Shown here piece after piece: positions 9,694 to 19,191 of a DNA stretch of 64,000 nucleotides. Below the pieces are notes generated by a model. That model worked only from the letters and a program-made list of their open reading frames with translations, was not told the DNA's origin and made no database searches. The translations under genes and the position numbers were made by a program. Positions within the stretch are counted from its first letter, which is position 1; each line of letters opens with the position of its first letter. This DNA comes from an uncultured archaeon (GTDB lineage: Archaea; Asgardarchaeota; Lokiarchaeia; Sigyniarchaeales; SOKP01), in the NCBI GenBank assembly GCA_964493715.1, contig CAZBPC010000003.1, positions 1-64,000 of the forward strand, in the 5' to 3' direction.

Positions 9694-10998
9694 TTATTCT
9701 CCTGTTACTAAATCTTTTACTATGCCTACGCAGACCGTTCTACCCATATCTCGCACGGCAAATCGTCCCATTTCTGGAAAATCTTCATATTTTTCAATAC
9801 AAAGTTTCTTTATGGGTTGTAGCTTTACAATAGCAGATTCGTTTCGTTTTATAAACTTCGGGGAATCTTCTATCACGGCCCCTGTTTTCTGATCAAGCTT
9901 TTTAATGAGTTCTAAGAATTTTGCTGCTACTTGAGCGGTATGAGTGTGGATAACGGGCGTATAACCTTGAGCGAGGGCAGTTGGATGCCAAATTACAATT
10001 ACTTGTCCAATCCAATAACCTTTTGGGGTGACGACAGTTGGTGGATCCTTAGGATGACCCATGCAATCTCCCCGACTAACATCTTTAAGTTCAATCCCTC
10101 TAATGCTAAATCCAATATTGTCTCCTGGTACTGCTTCTTGAATTTCCTCGTGATGCATCTCTATGCTTCGGATTTCACCTTGGAATCCAGTTGGTTGAAT
10201 GATAATCTTATCTCCTTTCTTCAATATTCCAGTTTCGACCTTTCCAACGGGTACTACACCAGTACCTTTAATTCGATATGCATCTTGAATAGGAACGCGT
10301 AATGCCTTACCTGTAGGTTTTTCTGGAATCTCAAAAGCATCAATAGCTTCAATTAGAGTAGGTCCCTTATACCAAGGCATATTAGGTGAAGGTTCGGTAA
10401 GATTTTCAGCTTTAAGTCCGCTTACTGGAACGAAGTGGATTTTCTTTACGGGAAAACCGATGTTTCGGAGCAATTCAGAGACTGCATCCACGCATTCTTT
10501 ATATCGAGCTTCGCTATACTCATAGTTATCAGCCTTATTTATGGCGACAACCAATTGTTTAATGCCTAAGGTTTGAGCTAAGTAAGCATGTTCTCTGGTT
10601 TGACCATTGGCTGCAATACCAACTTCCATCTCTCCTTTCTTTCCCGAAACGACAAGCACTGCGGCATCAGCTTGAGAAGCACCAGTGATCATGTTCTTTA
10701 CGAAGTCAGCATGGCCTGGAGCATCAATAATGGTAAAGTATTTTGAATTGGTTTCGAACTTTCGGAATGCTAAATCAATTGTAATACCTCTTTGACGTTC
10801 TTCTTTAAGGCGATCAAAGACATATGCATAAGACCAAGATTCTCGATCATATTCTTTAGCGATTTTTTCGAGCTCACGAGATTCTCTTTCTGAAATAGCT
10901 CCCGTTTTGATAAGCAAGGCACCCATCATGGTGCTCTTCCCATGATCTATGTGTCCGATTATTACGAGATTTAAGTGAGGTTTTACTTTACTTGACAT
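9694..10998 (-). CDS. tuf: Elongation factor 1-alpha
   Basis: GHIDHGKST, RGITID, DAPGH, NKAD, GRFAVRDMG. Confidence 0.98.
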   Translation of the reverse strand: MSSKVKPHLNLVIIGHIDHGKSTMMGALLIKTGAISERESRELEKIAKEYDRESWSYAYVFDRLKEERQRGITIDLAFRKFETNSKYFTIIDAPGHADFVKNMITGASQADAAVLVVSGKKGEMEVGIAANGQTREHAYLAQTLGIKQLVVAINKADNYEYSEARYKECVDAVSELLRNIGFPVKKIHFVPVSGLKAENLTEPSPNMPWYKGPTLIEAIDAFEIPEKPTGKALRVPIQDAYRIKGTGVVPVGKVETGILKKGDKIIIQPTGFQGEIRSIEMHHEEIQEAVPGDNIGFSIRGIELKDVSRGDCMGHPKDPPTVVTPKGYWIGQVIVIWHPTALAQGYTPVIHTHTAQVAAKFLELIKKLDQKTGAVIEDSPKFIKRNESAIVKLQPIKKLCIEKYEDFPEMGRFAVRDMGRTVCVGIVKDLVTGE

Positions 10999-11248
10999 TT
11001 TCCTTCAATTTCCTTTATTTTAATTTCAAAACCATATTTAAGACTTTAATACTACAAATCTGAAATATAGTTTGAATAATCAATTAAATGTTATAAAATA
11101 TATATTTTTTACTATAATTTCTAGAACTTCCATGATAAATTTATGAAATAATAAAGTAAGGACCTTTTTCTTGTTTCCAAGCAATGAGCTTACTGAAAAC
11201 TTTTAATATTAGAGATTAATTTGGATTAAAGTGAAATCATATCCTAAT

Positions 11249-11686
11249 TTAAAGCAGATCTTCAAGGAGTTCATCGTAATTTTCGTTGAATAATGAGAAA
11301 ATTTCATCTATTTCTTTCATGAAATTAATGCATTCTCCCTTTTCATCAATAATTTCTGAAGGTACTTTTTTCTTTAGAAAGTTTGCAAATATGATATCAA
11401 AATCCCGTACACTTAATCGTGTTTCTTTTAAAAAATCTAAGAGATGATGAATGTAAAAAGCCTTCACGTACATTTTCTCATTGCTATATTGTTTATCGAG
11501 ATCTTTTTGGTAGAAAAACTTTAACTGGCGTGAAGTGTTGGTCTCTTCTTCATCAATGCTGTTTCGGGATTCTTCAGAAAATGCCCATTCTGTTCCATAA
11601 TCAATATTTTGATTGACATAATTTGCGATCAAGCGATCAATGTTTGCTTTATCTGTCCATTTGCTATGTATGACCCAATTTGGCAT
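11249..11686 (-). CDS. Hypothetical protein, possible metal-binding helical hydrolase
   Basis: MPNWVIH at the N-terminus and a later HHLLD motif. Confidence 0.55.
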   Translation of the reverse strand: MPNWVIHSKWTDKANIDRLIANYVNQNIDYGTEWAFSEESRNSIDEEETNTSRQLKFFYQKDLDKQYSNEKMYVKAFYIHHLLDFLKETRLSVRDFDIIFANFLKKKVPSEIIDEKGECINFMKEIDEIFSLFNENYDELLEDLL

Positions 11687-11851
11687 TTTTATCCATAATT
11701 ATTTTAAAGCGTTATGTGATGAAAAATAGATATAAAATAATAAATTTTAAGGCATTGAAAGCTAAAAATAAAAAACGATAGATGCTTACAAATATTAAAT
11801 TGCATGATTTGCAATATTAAAATAATATACTTAAACTATTGTTGATCCCCC

Positions 11852-12676
11852 ATGGTTAGAAATAGAACACCTTTTCCAAAAGAAGGAGATTTTGTCATTG
11901 GTCGAGCAGTTAATATTCAAGATCAATATATTTATGTGGATTTAGCTGATTATGAAGGGTTACCTTCAGAGGAATTTGCTCGAGGGATGATTCATATTAG
12001 TGAGATTTCTAGTCGTTGGATAAAGAACATTAGAAATTATGTTAGGATTGGTCAAGTCATTGTGTGTCGAGTTTTAAAGGTGGATCCTTCAAAAGGACAC
12101 ATTGATCTTTCTCTTAGAAGAGTAAATTCGGCGCAGAAGAAGAAGGTTGCAAAAGAAAGGAAATATGCTGTAAAATTTGACAACATCTTGCAATTCTTAA
12201 CTGAAACTGAAGGAGTAAATATGACATTAGATGAAGCATGGGATCAAATTGGATGGCCTTTATTAGAAAATTATAAATTTTATCAAGAAACCATTGAATC
12301 CTTGAAAGAAAATGGCGAAGAAATCATAAGTCAAATTACAAATGTTCCTGAGGATATCAAAGAACCATTCTTACGAATTGTAAATGAAAATGTGGAAATT
12401 ACTACTGTCAAAATTAAGGCAAAGATCAAGCTTATCAACCGACAAGGCGATGGAGTTGATCGAATTAAAGATACTCTAATAAATGTTAAAAAAATTGTAG
12501 AAACTCCTAAAGAAACGCGAAAACTCGATATTACTTATCTTGGGGCACCATATTATCGAATGGAAGTGATCTCTAAAGATTATCTTGACGCGGAAGGCAT
12601 TATTTCTGACGTAATTGACGTATTAGAAGCAAAGTCAGCGGAACATAAGGGAATATTTGAATTCATTAGAGATTAA
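11852..12676 (+). CDS. eif2a: Translation initiation factor 2 alpha subunit
   Basis: S1 domain, IHISEISSRWIKNI, KGHIDLSLRRV, GAPYY. Confidence 0.96.
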   Translation: MVRNRTPFPKEGDFVIGRAVNIQDQYIYVDLADYEGLPSEEFARGMIHISEISSRWIKNIRNYVRIGQVIVCRVLKVDPSKGHIDLSLRRVNSAQKKKVAKERKYAVKFDNILQFLTETEGVNMTLDEAWDQIGWPLLENYKFYQETIESLKENGEEIISQITNVPEDIKEPFLRIVNENVEITTVKIKAKIKLINRQGDGVDRIKDTLINVKKIVETPKETRKLDITYLGAPYYRMEVISKDYLDAEGIISDVIDVLEAKSAEHKGIFEFIRD

Positions 12677-12696
12677 AGCACTTAAATATAAAATAA

Positions 12697-12897
12697 ATGA
12701 ATATTATGGTTAAATACCTCTTGAAATGTAAGGTTTGTAATCAATACGGTCTTATTAATGCCGAGTCAAAATGCTCACATTGTGGAGGCCAACTTTTAAA
12801 TCCAAGACCTCCAAAATACTCTCCTATTGATAAGTATGGAAAATATCGACGTGAATATTTCAAGGAAGATTTTAAAAAGAGATTTGAGCAAGATTAA
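12697..12897 (+). CDS. nop10: H/ACA RNP protein Nop10
   Basis: CxxC...CxxCG, PPKYSPIDKYGKYRR; follows aIF2alpha. Confidence 0.93.
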   Translation: MNIMVKYLLKCKVCNQYGLINAESKCSHCGGQLLNPRPPKYSPIDKYGKYRREYFKEDFKKRFEQD

Positions 12898-13544
12898 GCT
12901 AATTCTATTTTTTCAGCGAATTTTTCATTTATCAATATGATTGCATTTTTATAGGGCAAATTAATGACGTCTTCCTTCTCGAAAGGACCGTAACTTTTTA
13001 AATCAACACCAACCAGGGGTGGAGTTTTCTTTACCATCCGAACGAGAGTGTAACGATATTCAGATTCCTCTTGGAGATTTCTTGATTTTAATTGTTCTGT
13101 TTTTTCTGGAACTTCTAAAGTATTTTTTTCTAATATCGGTTTGGTAGATTCTTCGAGGACTAAATCTTCTTGTGGTCTTTCTAAGAGATATAAGGTTTTG
13201 ATTTTATTATAACCCTTGATCGAACCGACGAGATTCTGATAAAAAATTTTTTCATATTCAATCAGATTGTTAAGATCAATTTCTTCCAAAGCCATGGCTG
13301 AATTAATTATTTTTATCTTTCTAATATGCAAGAAATCATCAAAAAGGTAATTAAAATTATCTTGATATATTTTTACAAGCCAGATCTTTATAGGATCATT
13401 GTCAATGAGATTAAAATTATTAATTTGAGACATAATATCTTTATATCTTCTGAACTGTTCCTCCGATAAATCAGTGAGATTAACTTGTTCTACTTCAGTT
13501 ATCCAATGATTATAAAGGTCCTCATATTCCTTTTTAAGTTTCAT
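12894..13544 (-). CDS. GINS complex subunit (Gins15/51 type)
   Basis: Helical A domain (RKIKII) and C-terminal B domain VGVDLKSYGPFEKEDVINLP; downstream of priS. Confidence 0.88.
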   Translation of the reverse strand: MKLKKEYEDLYNHWITEVEQVNLTDLSEEQFRRYKDIMSQINNFNLIDNDPIKIWLVKIYQDNFNYLFDDFLHIRKIKIINSAMALEEIDLNNLIEYEKIFYQNLVGSIKGYNKIKTLYLLERPQEDLVLEESTKPILEKNTLEVPEKTEQLKSRNLQEESEYRYTLVRMVKKTPPLVGVDLKSYGPFEKEDVINLPYKNAIILINEKFAEKIELA

Positions 13545-13600
13545 TTGAATCTTATCTAATCTGATATATAAAACAAGTTGACATATAATTAATTTTTAAC

Positions 13601-14878
13601 CTAAATAATTTTTGCTACTCCCTTACATAATAAGAATACGGCTACATGATGAGGAACTTCAATTTTTTCGCCCCATTCATAATCTCCATACGTTATTCCT
13701 TTAATTTTTGTGGCAGGAACTTTAAGATCAGTTATTTCCAATTTTTGAGTAATTTGTTTCTTACTTTCAAATACAATTGGGTCAATTAGTTCATTGCTTT
13801 CGTTTAGTGGGTTGAATTCATCAAGTTGATCATAATCAAGTTCTTGAACCTTAAACCCTGTCTTTCCATGCAATGTTCCAGGGTATCTAATAAGTCTATG
13901 GATATCAATTGAGACGGGTTCATCGATCTCTGCCCCAACTTTCTTTACAACAGCTCTAAGTAATTTTTTCCACGTAGTTAAGCCAAATCCTTCAATTGAC
14001 CAAATATTTTGTTGTTTGCTATTAATAACCTCTAAAAATTCTTCTCGATATTTTAGCAAACTACTTATTCGGGCGGAATTTAGATCACCCCAATTTGGAT
14101 CGCGTAAGAAATGTTCAATCTCAAGGGGTTCCATTCGCAAAATCTCCTCAAGTTTAGTCATAATTTTGTTTGACCATCCTTGGTTATCTTTTATGAGTCC
14201 AAAAATACTTGCCTTTTCATGTAAACCCAAAATTTCAAATGAAATATTATGCCCCGTTAGATAATCGACTATTTCTCTTCGTTGATCACTGGTTAAGGTT
14301 CTAATTCTTGGATCCTCTATTTTTAAATGATATCCACGATGTCCCGAGAAAGCTATATTAATTTGGTCAAGATTTACTGCAAAATCAGGAATTAAAAAAT
14401 TATCTATTAACTTTATAATTTCTTTTTTCGCAATGTTTAAACAGTTCTCACATATCCACGCAACCCGGGTTATTTTTAACTTTTCACAATTAGGGCATTT
14501 TTCAATCATGCCTCTACCATTCGTTCCACACTCCTTACAGTACCAGAGATCGTGATCATTCTTGCATCCAGTGTAAAAATGATCAACATCAATATCTATT
14601 ACAAAATCACAACCTTGATAACCTTTATTTTCCATATCATCATTATCGGGTTGCCTATAAAGAGAACCACTTGAATAAGCATGCATTGGACTTTTTTGAA
14701 TAAGGAATTGTCTTAAATCTTCAATTTCGGCAAAACCTAAATGTCTTTGCATAAATTTGTTATCCCATAGAAGAAAGCCAAATTCTCTTCGATCTAGCAT
14801 ACTTACAGCTGGAATATCCTTCTGGGATTCTTGATAGAATGCTTGGAACAAATTCCTAAGAAAAATCTCATTTTTCAT
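13601..14878 (-). CDS. priS: DNA primase catalytic subunit PriS
   Basis: REFGF, DFVIDID, FSGHRGYH, IDEPVSIDIHRLIRYPGTLHGKTG. Confidence 0.96.
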   Translation of the reverse strand: MKNEIFLRNLFQAFYQESQKDIPAVSMLDRREFGFLLWDNKFMQRHLGFAEIEDLRQFLIQKSPMHAYSSGSLYRQPDNDDMENKGYQGCDFVIDIDVDHFYTGCKNDHDLWYCKECGTNGRGMIEKCPNCEKLKITRVAWICENCLNIAKKEIIKLIDNFLIPDFAVNLDQINIAFSGHRGYHLKIEDPRIRTLTSDQRREIVDYLTGHNISFEILGLHEKASIFGLIKDNQGWSNKIMTKLEEILRMEPLEIEHFLRDPNWGDLNSARISSLLKYREEFLEVINSKQQNIWSIEGFGLTTWKKLLRAVVKKVGAEIDEPVSIDIHRLIRYPGTLHGKTGFKVQELDYDQLDEFNPLNESNELIDPIVFESKKQITQKLEITDLKVPATKIKGITYGDYEWGEKIEVPHHVAVFLLCKGVAKII

Positions 14879-16058
14879 TTTTATTTTTCGTTTGAACCTC
14901 CTCTTTAGGTCTATATTTACGATATTGCATTATTCGGACATAGTGTAATGGGTGCTGTATCTTTTTCTGAGATTCCAATTTTTTAGAATAATAACCTTCT
15001 AAACATAATTCATCTTTATACTGATCTGCCCTGCAGAGACTATAAGATTTTAACGTAGAACAAGAATGGGGTAAATATCCCTTTTTTTTCGCAAATTCCA
15101 CTTGATATTCTGTCTTCTTCCGATCAAAATCAGGTAATTTCGCAAAAAAGTTAACAATTTCATCAATTGGAATTTCTAAAGCATGTAAAAAGAAAACAAG
15201 AAATAATCTTTCAATGTGAGTAAGGTTTTGACCTTCATCAACTTTTTTAAGAATATCTACAATACAAGGTGGGAAACTCTCTTCTACATTTTCACCTTTT
15301 GAATATTTAAATACATACGGTTCTCCAAATTCATCTTTTTTCAATTCCCATACGTCAAGAATCCTTTCATTAAGCTCTCTGATTTCTTTAATTTCAAGCA
15401 ATTTATTCTTAAAATCATCTAAACTCGATATATCCTTCGCTTCTTGAATTAAAAGTTTTTTTCTTACAATTTCCTGCAAAAGACGAGTTAACTCTTTTTT
15501 ATCAATTAAAACAAACCCGTGATTTAAAACATTATGAACCAGTTTTCGATGATCATCTCTTAAATTAGAAGCAAGTTTGAGATAATCAATATAGTGAATG
15601 CTGAATTGTGTTTGAAGAACTTGTTTTCGGTCTTTCTCAATAATTAATCCAAAAGGAACTGCTTTATCATAATATTGGATATTTAATTTCAAATCTTTAC
15701 AAATAGAATATAAATTATAATCATTATCTTCTCTAATCATTTTATTATAAGTGTGTTTTGCATATAAGTTAGCAACTCTATTGGCAATTGGTACACTGTT
15801 ATTTATATAGAGTAGAATTTTCAAAATGGTATAAAGATAAACGTTTAACTCATCAGCTTTATAGGTTTTTATTTCTTCGACATTTTCAAAAGCTGTTTTG
15901 AATATACTAAAAATACGATCTACTAATTCCCCATCTGGATATTCTGCTATTTTTTCCTTAATAAACTCTACTGGATCTTTTGCTGCTATTTCAGAATAAT
16001 AAATTTTCTTTGAAGGTAACCAAGGATAATGCTTAACTAACTCATATGAAATGCTCAA
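14868..16058 (-). CDS. priL: DNA primase large subunit PriL
   Basis: FPPCI, LTHIER, PDFD, SCSTLKSYSLC, HPLHY (Fe-S domain). Confidence 0.93.
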   Translation of the reverse strand: MSISYELVKHYPWLPSKKIYYSEIAAKDPVEFIKEKIAEYPDGELVDRIFSIFKTAFENVEEIKTYKADELNVYLYTILKILLYINNSVPIANRVANLYAKHTYNKMIREDNDYNLYSICKDLKLNIQYYDKAVPFGLIIEKDRKQVLQTQFSIHYIDYLKLASNLRDDHRKLVHNVLNHGFVLIDKKELTRLLQEIVRKKLLIQEAKDISSLDDFKNKLLEIKEIRELNERILDVWELKKDEFGEPYVFKYSKGENVEESFPPCIVDILKKVDEGQNLTHIERLFLVFFLHALEIPIDEIVNFFAKLPDFDRKKTEYQVEFAKKKGYLPHSCSTLKSYSLCRADQYKDELCLEGYYSKKLESQKKIQHPLHYVRIMQYRKYRPKEEVQTKNKNEK

Positions 16059-16162
16059 AGCAACATCGACTCCTTTTGAATTGTTCCTTCATAATGATGG
16101 TAAAAAGTAAAGTGGTTAAATAAATTTAGACTAAGCTAATTTTTTAATTAAATGACTATGGA

Positions 16163-16981
16163 TTAAAAATCATCCATATCTTCGTCATCTTCATCTTCGT
16201 CTTCTTCGTGTTCGACTCTTGGTGCTAGAAAGAGTGATAATTCGCAATCATTTTCTAATTTAAAAATGATTTTTAGGGGATAATCTGATTTTAAACCCAT
16301 TTCTAAATTTAAGGTGATCGGAGATATTTTGAGAATCGCTTTTAAGAAATCAAGACTGTAGGAACCCATACATGTCTCATTAATATTACTAGAACGTAAA
16401 TCTTCAAGGTCGAGAGAATATTCCATTTCACCAATCGTTCCTATTGAGGAGAATAAGAGACCTTCTCCTTCAGTAGCTTTTAAACTTAGTACTTCAGAGT
16501 AAATCTCCGCATCCTTTATCGCTTCTACTAAAAATGAGGGTTCTATTTCCCAAGTAGAATTATAATCTATTTCATATAACCTATCTAAGTGAAGATTCTC
16601 GATTTCATTTTCTGAGAGTGCTAAACTAAAAGTACGGGTTAATTTTTTCTCCTCATCAGTTGTACGCTGCAACTTAATTTTAATTTTATTATCTGTTTCC
16701 TTAAATGATATTTCAAGGGAATCATTCAAAGTACTTCTCTTGAGAATTTTATCTAAATCGTCAATATTTAAATCGATATCCAATTTCTTATCGCAAGAAT
16801 ATGAATCGAAATCTTCATCTTTGATTTTAAGCTGTAGTAAACAAATACGGCTATCATCGAACGCAAGTATGGTTAATCCTTTAGGTGTGACTGTGAACTT
16901 AGCCTCTGTGACAATACTTGCAAGAGTCTCAATAATAACTTTTAAGACCCGACTTTTATCTAATTTTAGCGAAAAAGACAT
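16163..16981 (-). CDS. pcn: DNA sliding clamp PCNA
   Basis: DDSRICLL, YSLDFL, DYPLKI, FLAPRVE. Confidence 0.95.
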   Translation of the reverse strand: MSFSLKLDKSRVLKVIIETLASIVTEAKFTVTPKGLTILAFDDSRICLLQLKIKDEDFDSYSCDKKLDIDLNIDDLDKILKRSTLNDSLEISFKETDNKIKIKLQRTTDEEKKLTRTFSLALSENEIENLHLDRLYEIDYNSTWEIEPSFLVEAIKDAEIYSEVLSLKATEGEGLLFSSIGTIGEMEYSLDLEDLRSSNINETCMGSYSLDFLKAILKISPITLNLEMGLKSDYPLKIIFKLENDCELSLFLAPRVEHEEDEDEDDEDMDDF

Positions 16982-17142
16982 AATTTATACGTTCCTTAAC
17001 TTTTTTCTTCGTATTAAATATGTTTTAATGACAATATTTATAAAATTCGGTATTAGACCTTTAATAATACTTATTTATTTCTGGAATAATTATTTATAGT
17101 CACCTCAAAATTATAAAATTACACAATTCGAGAAGATATAAA

Positions 17143-17487
17143 ATGGAAGGAAATAGAGATACTCAAAAGATATCAGCTAAACGTGTGATGATAAAAGATT
17201 TTGAAAAGATGGAGATTGGTTCAGATATACAAATTATGGGATTTGTAAAAGGTAATATTGAAGAAGAAACTATTGTACTTGATGATAGAACGGGAGAAAT
17301 AACAATTAACATCAAAAATGTCAAATTTCCATTCAAAACAGGTGACCTTGTTAATGTGTTTGTCAATATTAAACCAACAATGGATGGGGAAAAAAAATTG
17401 GAGGCAATTTTTTTCCAAGACATGACTAACCTTAATTTTGATCATTTCCAGAAATTATATGACATGAAAAAAGAACTGATCGAATGA
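17143..17487 (+). CDS. Single OB-fold protein, RPA small-subunit-like
   Basis: AKRVMI, LDDRTGEITI beta-hairpin; divergent from PCNA. Confidence 0.6.
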   Translation: MEGNRDTQKISAKRVMIKDFEKMEIGSDIQIMGFVKGNIEEETIVLDDRTGEITINIKNVKFPFKTGDLVNVFVNIKPTMDGEKKLEAIFFQDMTNLNFDHFQKLYDMKKELIE

Positions 17488-17506
17488 TTTTAGTCTAAAA
17501 ATTTTT

Positions 17507-17848
17507 TTATTTCTCCCATGCATTTGGATCTTCCATGAAAAAGTGATAAATCTTGAATTTAGCATTTTTTTGGGGAGGTTGAGAAATTTTAACACCTCTA
17601 TTTAATAAATCCTTATATATCTCATCAACATTTTCCGTTACAAATGTAAGTATTGGACTTTTAGTTTCACGTGTGATAGCCATGTGTGTACAGAATCCAA
17701 TTTTACAATCGTTAGAGATATTATAAATCTGACAAACCTCTTGGTCTTTATATAAAGTAAGGTTTAAAATATTTAGAAGAAAATCCGTAGTTTTCGTCAA
17801 ATCATCAGTTCCTAAAAAAATATAACGTTATTAAGTTTTATGATACAT
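17507..17848 (-). pseudogene. Degenerate VOC/glyoxalase-family gene
   Basis: ILTFVTENVDEIY and IYHFFMEDPN are VOC motifs. The upstream ATG is separated by TAA TAA and the last beta-strand is missing. Confidence 0.6.
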
Positions 17849-17999
17849 CACACACGATTTACCTCAATAATTTCTTAATAAAGAGATGGTTCATTTTAAA
17901 AAGTAAATATTTCAACTTTAAAACCTTTTTGAAGCAAAACTTTTTTAGAGATCTTACTTTTGTTAATTTAATCTACTTGACTTATTAAATCTCTTAAAA

Positions 18000-18338
18000 A
18001 TGATTTCTTTTTGCCCTGAATGTTCTAGTCTTTTACGTGAAAAAAATATAAATGGGACGTATATATTAGTGTGTCGTTGCGGATATGAAGAAGTAAATAC
18101 TTCACATGACGATGATGTGAAAAAAAAAATTGAAAAAAAGAGACATGCAATGAGAAAAAGCCTAGTGGTAATAAAAGAAGAAGACAAAATAAAAGTACAT
18201 CCTATAGTTTCGAAATATTGTCCTAAATGTAACCATAAGGAAGCAGAGGCTTGGCAAGAACAAACTAGAAGTGCAGATGAACCAAGTACCTCATTTTTTA
18301 AATGCACCCAGTGTAAACATACTTGGCGTGAGTACTAA
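18000..18338 (+). CDS. tfs: Transcript cleavage factor TFS
   Basis: FCPEC N-terminal ribbon; CPKC...QTRSADEP...CTQC. Confidence 0.95.
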   Translation: MISFCPECSSLLREKNINGTYILVCRCGYEEVNTSHDDDVKKKIEKKRHAMRKSLVVIKEEDKIKVHPIVSKYCPKCNHKEAEAWQEQTRSADEPSTSFFKCTQCKHTWREY

Positions 18339-18384
18339 ATTATTAATTTTATAATTTCAGATATCACTCTTAGATATATAGTTC

Positions 18385-18408
18385 TTCGTGAAAGGATTCT
18401 TTCACGAA
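18385..18408. terminator. Perfect 10-bp stem-loop between the convergent tfs and rps27e genes
   Basis: TTCGTGAAAG-GATT-CTTTCACGAA; the terminator role is inferred only from position. Confidence 0.4.
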
Positions 18409-18499
18409 CTATTGGTATAATTATTGATTTAATCGAAATTGAATCAAATTAAAAATTAGTTTATAGCAAGATATATCTTATTAATTTAGATGAAAAAGG

Positions 18500-18706
18500 T
18501 TAAGAAAGAACTTCTAAAATTTTAGTTAAGATTCGTGCTTTCCCTCCAGTGGATTGTAAAAGTGTTTTCCCACATACGAGGCATTCAACATCAGTAGCAG
18601 AGCATCCAAAAATAATCTGTTGATTTCCACAGTTCAAGCATTTAACCCTTAAAAATCTGCTATTTGGTTGAGGGATTAAATCTAATTCTTTTTTCTTCTT
18701 GGGCAT
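18500..18706 (-). CDS. rps27e: 30S ribosomal protein S27e
   Basis: [13 protein letters not shown]...CLVCG...TGGKA. Confidence 0.96.
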   Translation of the reverse strand: MPKKKKELDLIPQPNSRFLRVKCLNCGNQQIIFGCSATDVECLVCGKTLLQSTGGKARILTKILEVLS

Positions 18707-18721
18707 GATTAAATAACAACT

Positions 18722-19003
18722 CTAAACTTCTTGTAATTCAAATTTCTTTACTCGATAAGATTTAGCATATTGTTTCTTACCACAGTCGCCGCATTCTAAT
18801 ATTGGTAAGGATCTTTTATTTAACTTGGCATTTTTATGGAAGATTTCTTTTGGGAATGAACCATATCCTCTCTTTTTTCTTTCAACTCTCCTTCTTCCCT
18901 GATTTAACATGCGTTCTTTTCCTTTCTTATATAGCGATACATTATGCTGCGTATGTGCTCTGCATTTAGGACAATAATGGTTTACTGTTCTTGGATAGCG
19001 AAT
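18722..19003 (-). CDS. rpl44e: 50S ribosomal protein L44e; probable ATT start
   Basis: The frame extends upstream of the track ORF: IRYPRTVNHYCPKCRAHTQHNVSLYKKGKER...GYG...LECGDC, 93 aa. Confidence 0.93.
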   Translation of the reverse strand: MRYPRTVNHYCPKCRAHTQHNVSLYKKGKERMLNQGRRRVERKKRGYGSFPKEIFHKNAKLNKRSLPILECGDCGKKQYAKSYRVKKFELQEV

Positions 19004-19191
19004 ATGAATCCTCTCGAGTTTTTGATAACAATCGATAAAAAATATATATTGGAATCTAATTAAGCAATAATTATAAATTTTATTATTTCCTTAGCCTAAG
19101 CTCTTAAATTATGAATTATTAATTAGAGTTAATAGATAAGATTTAAAATTATAGATTCATAATTAAAATAAATTTTTTTATTAGGATTACG

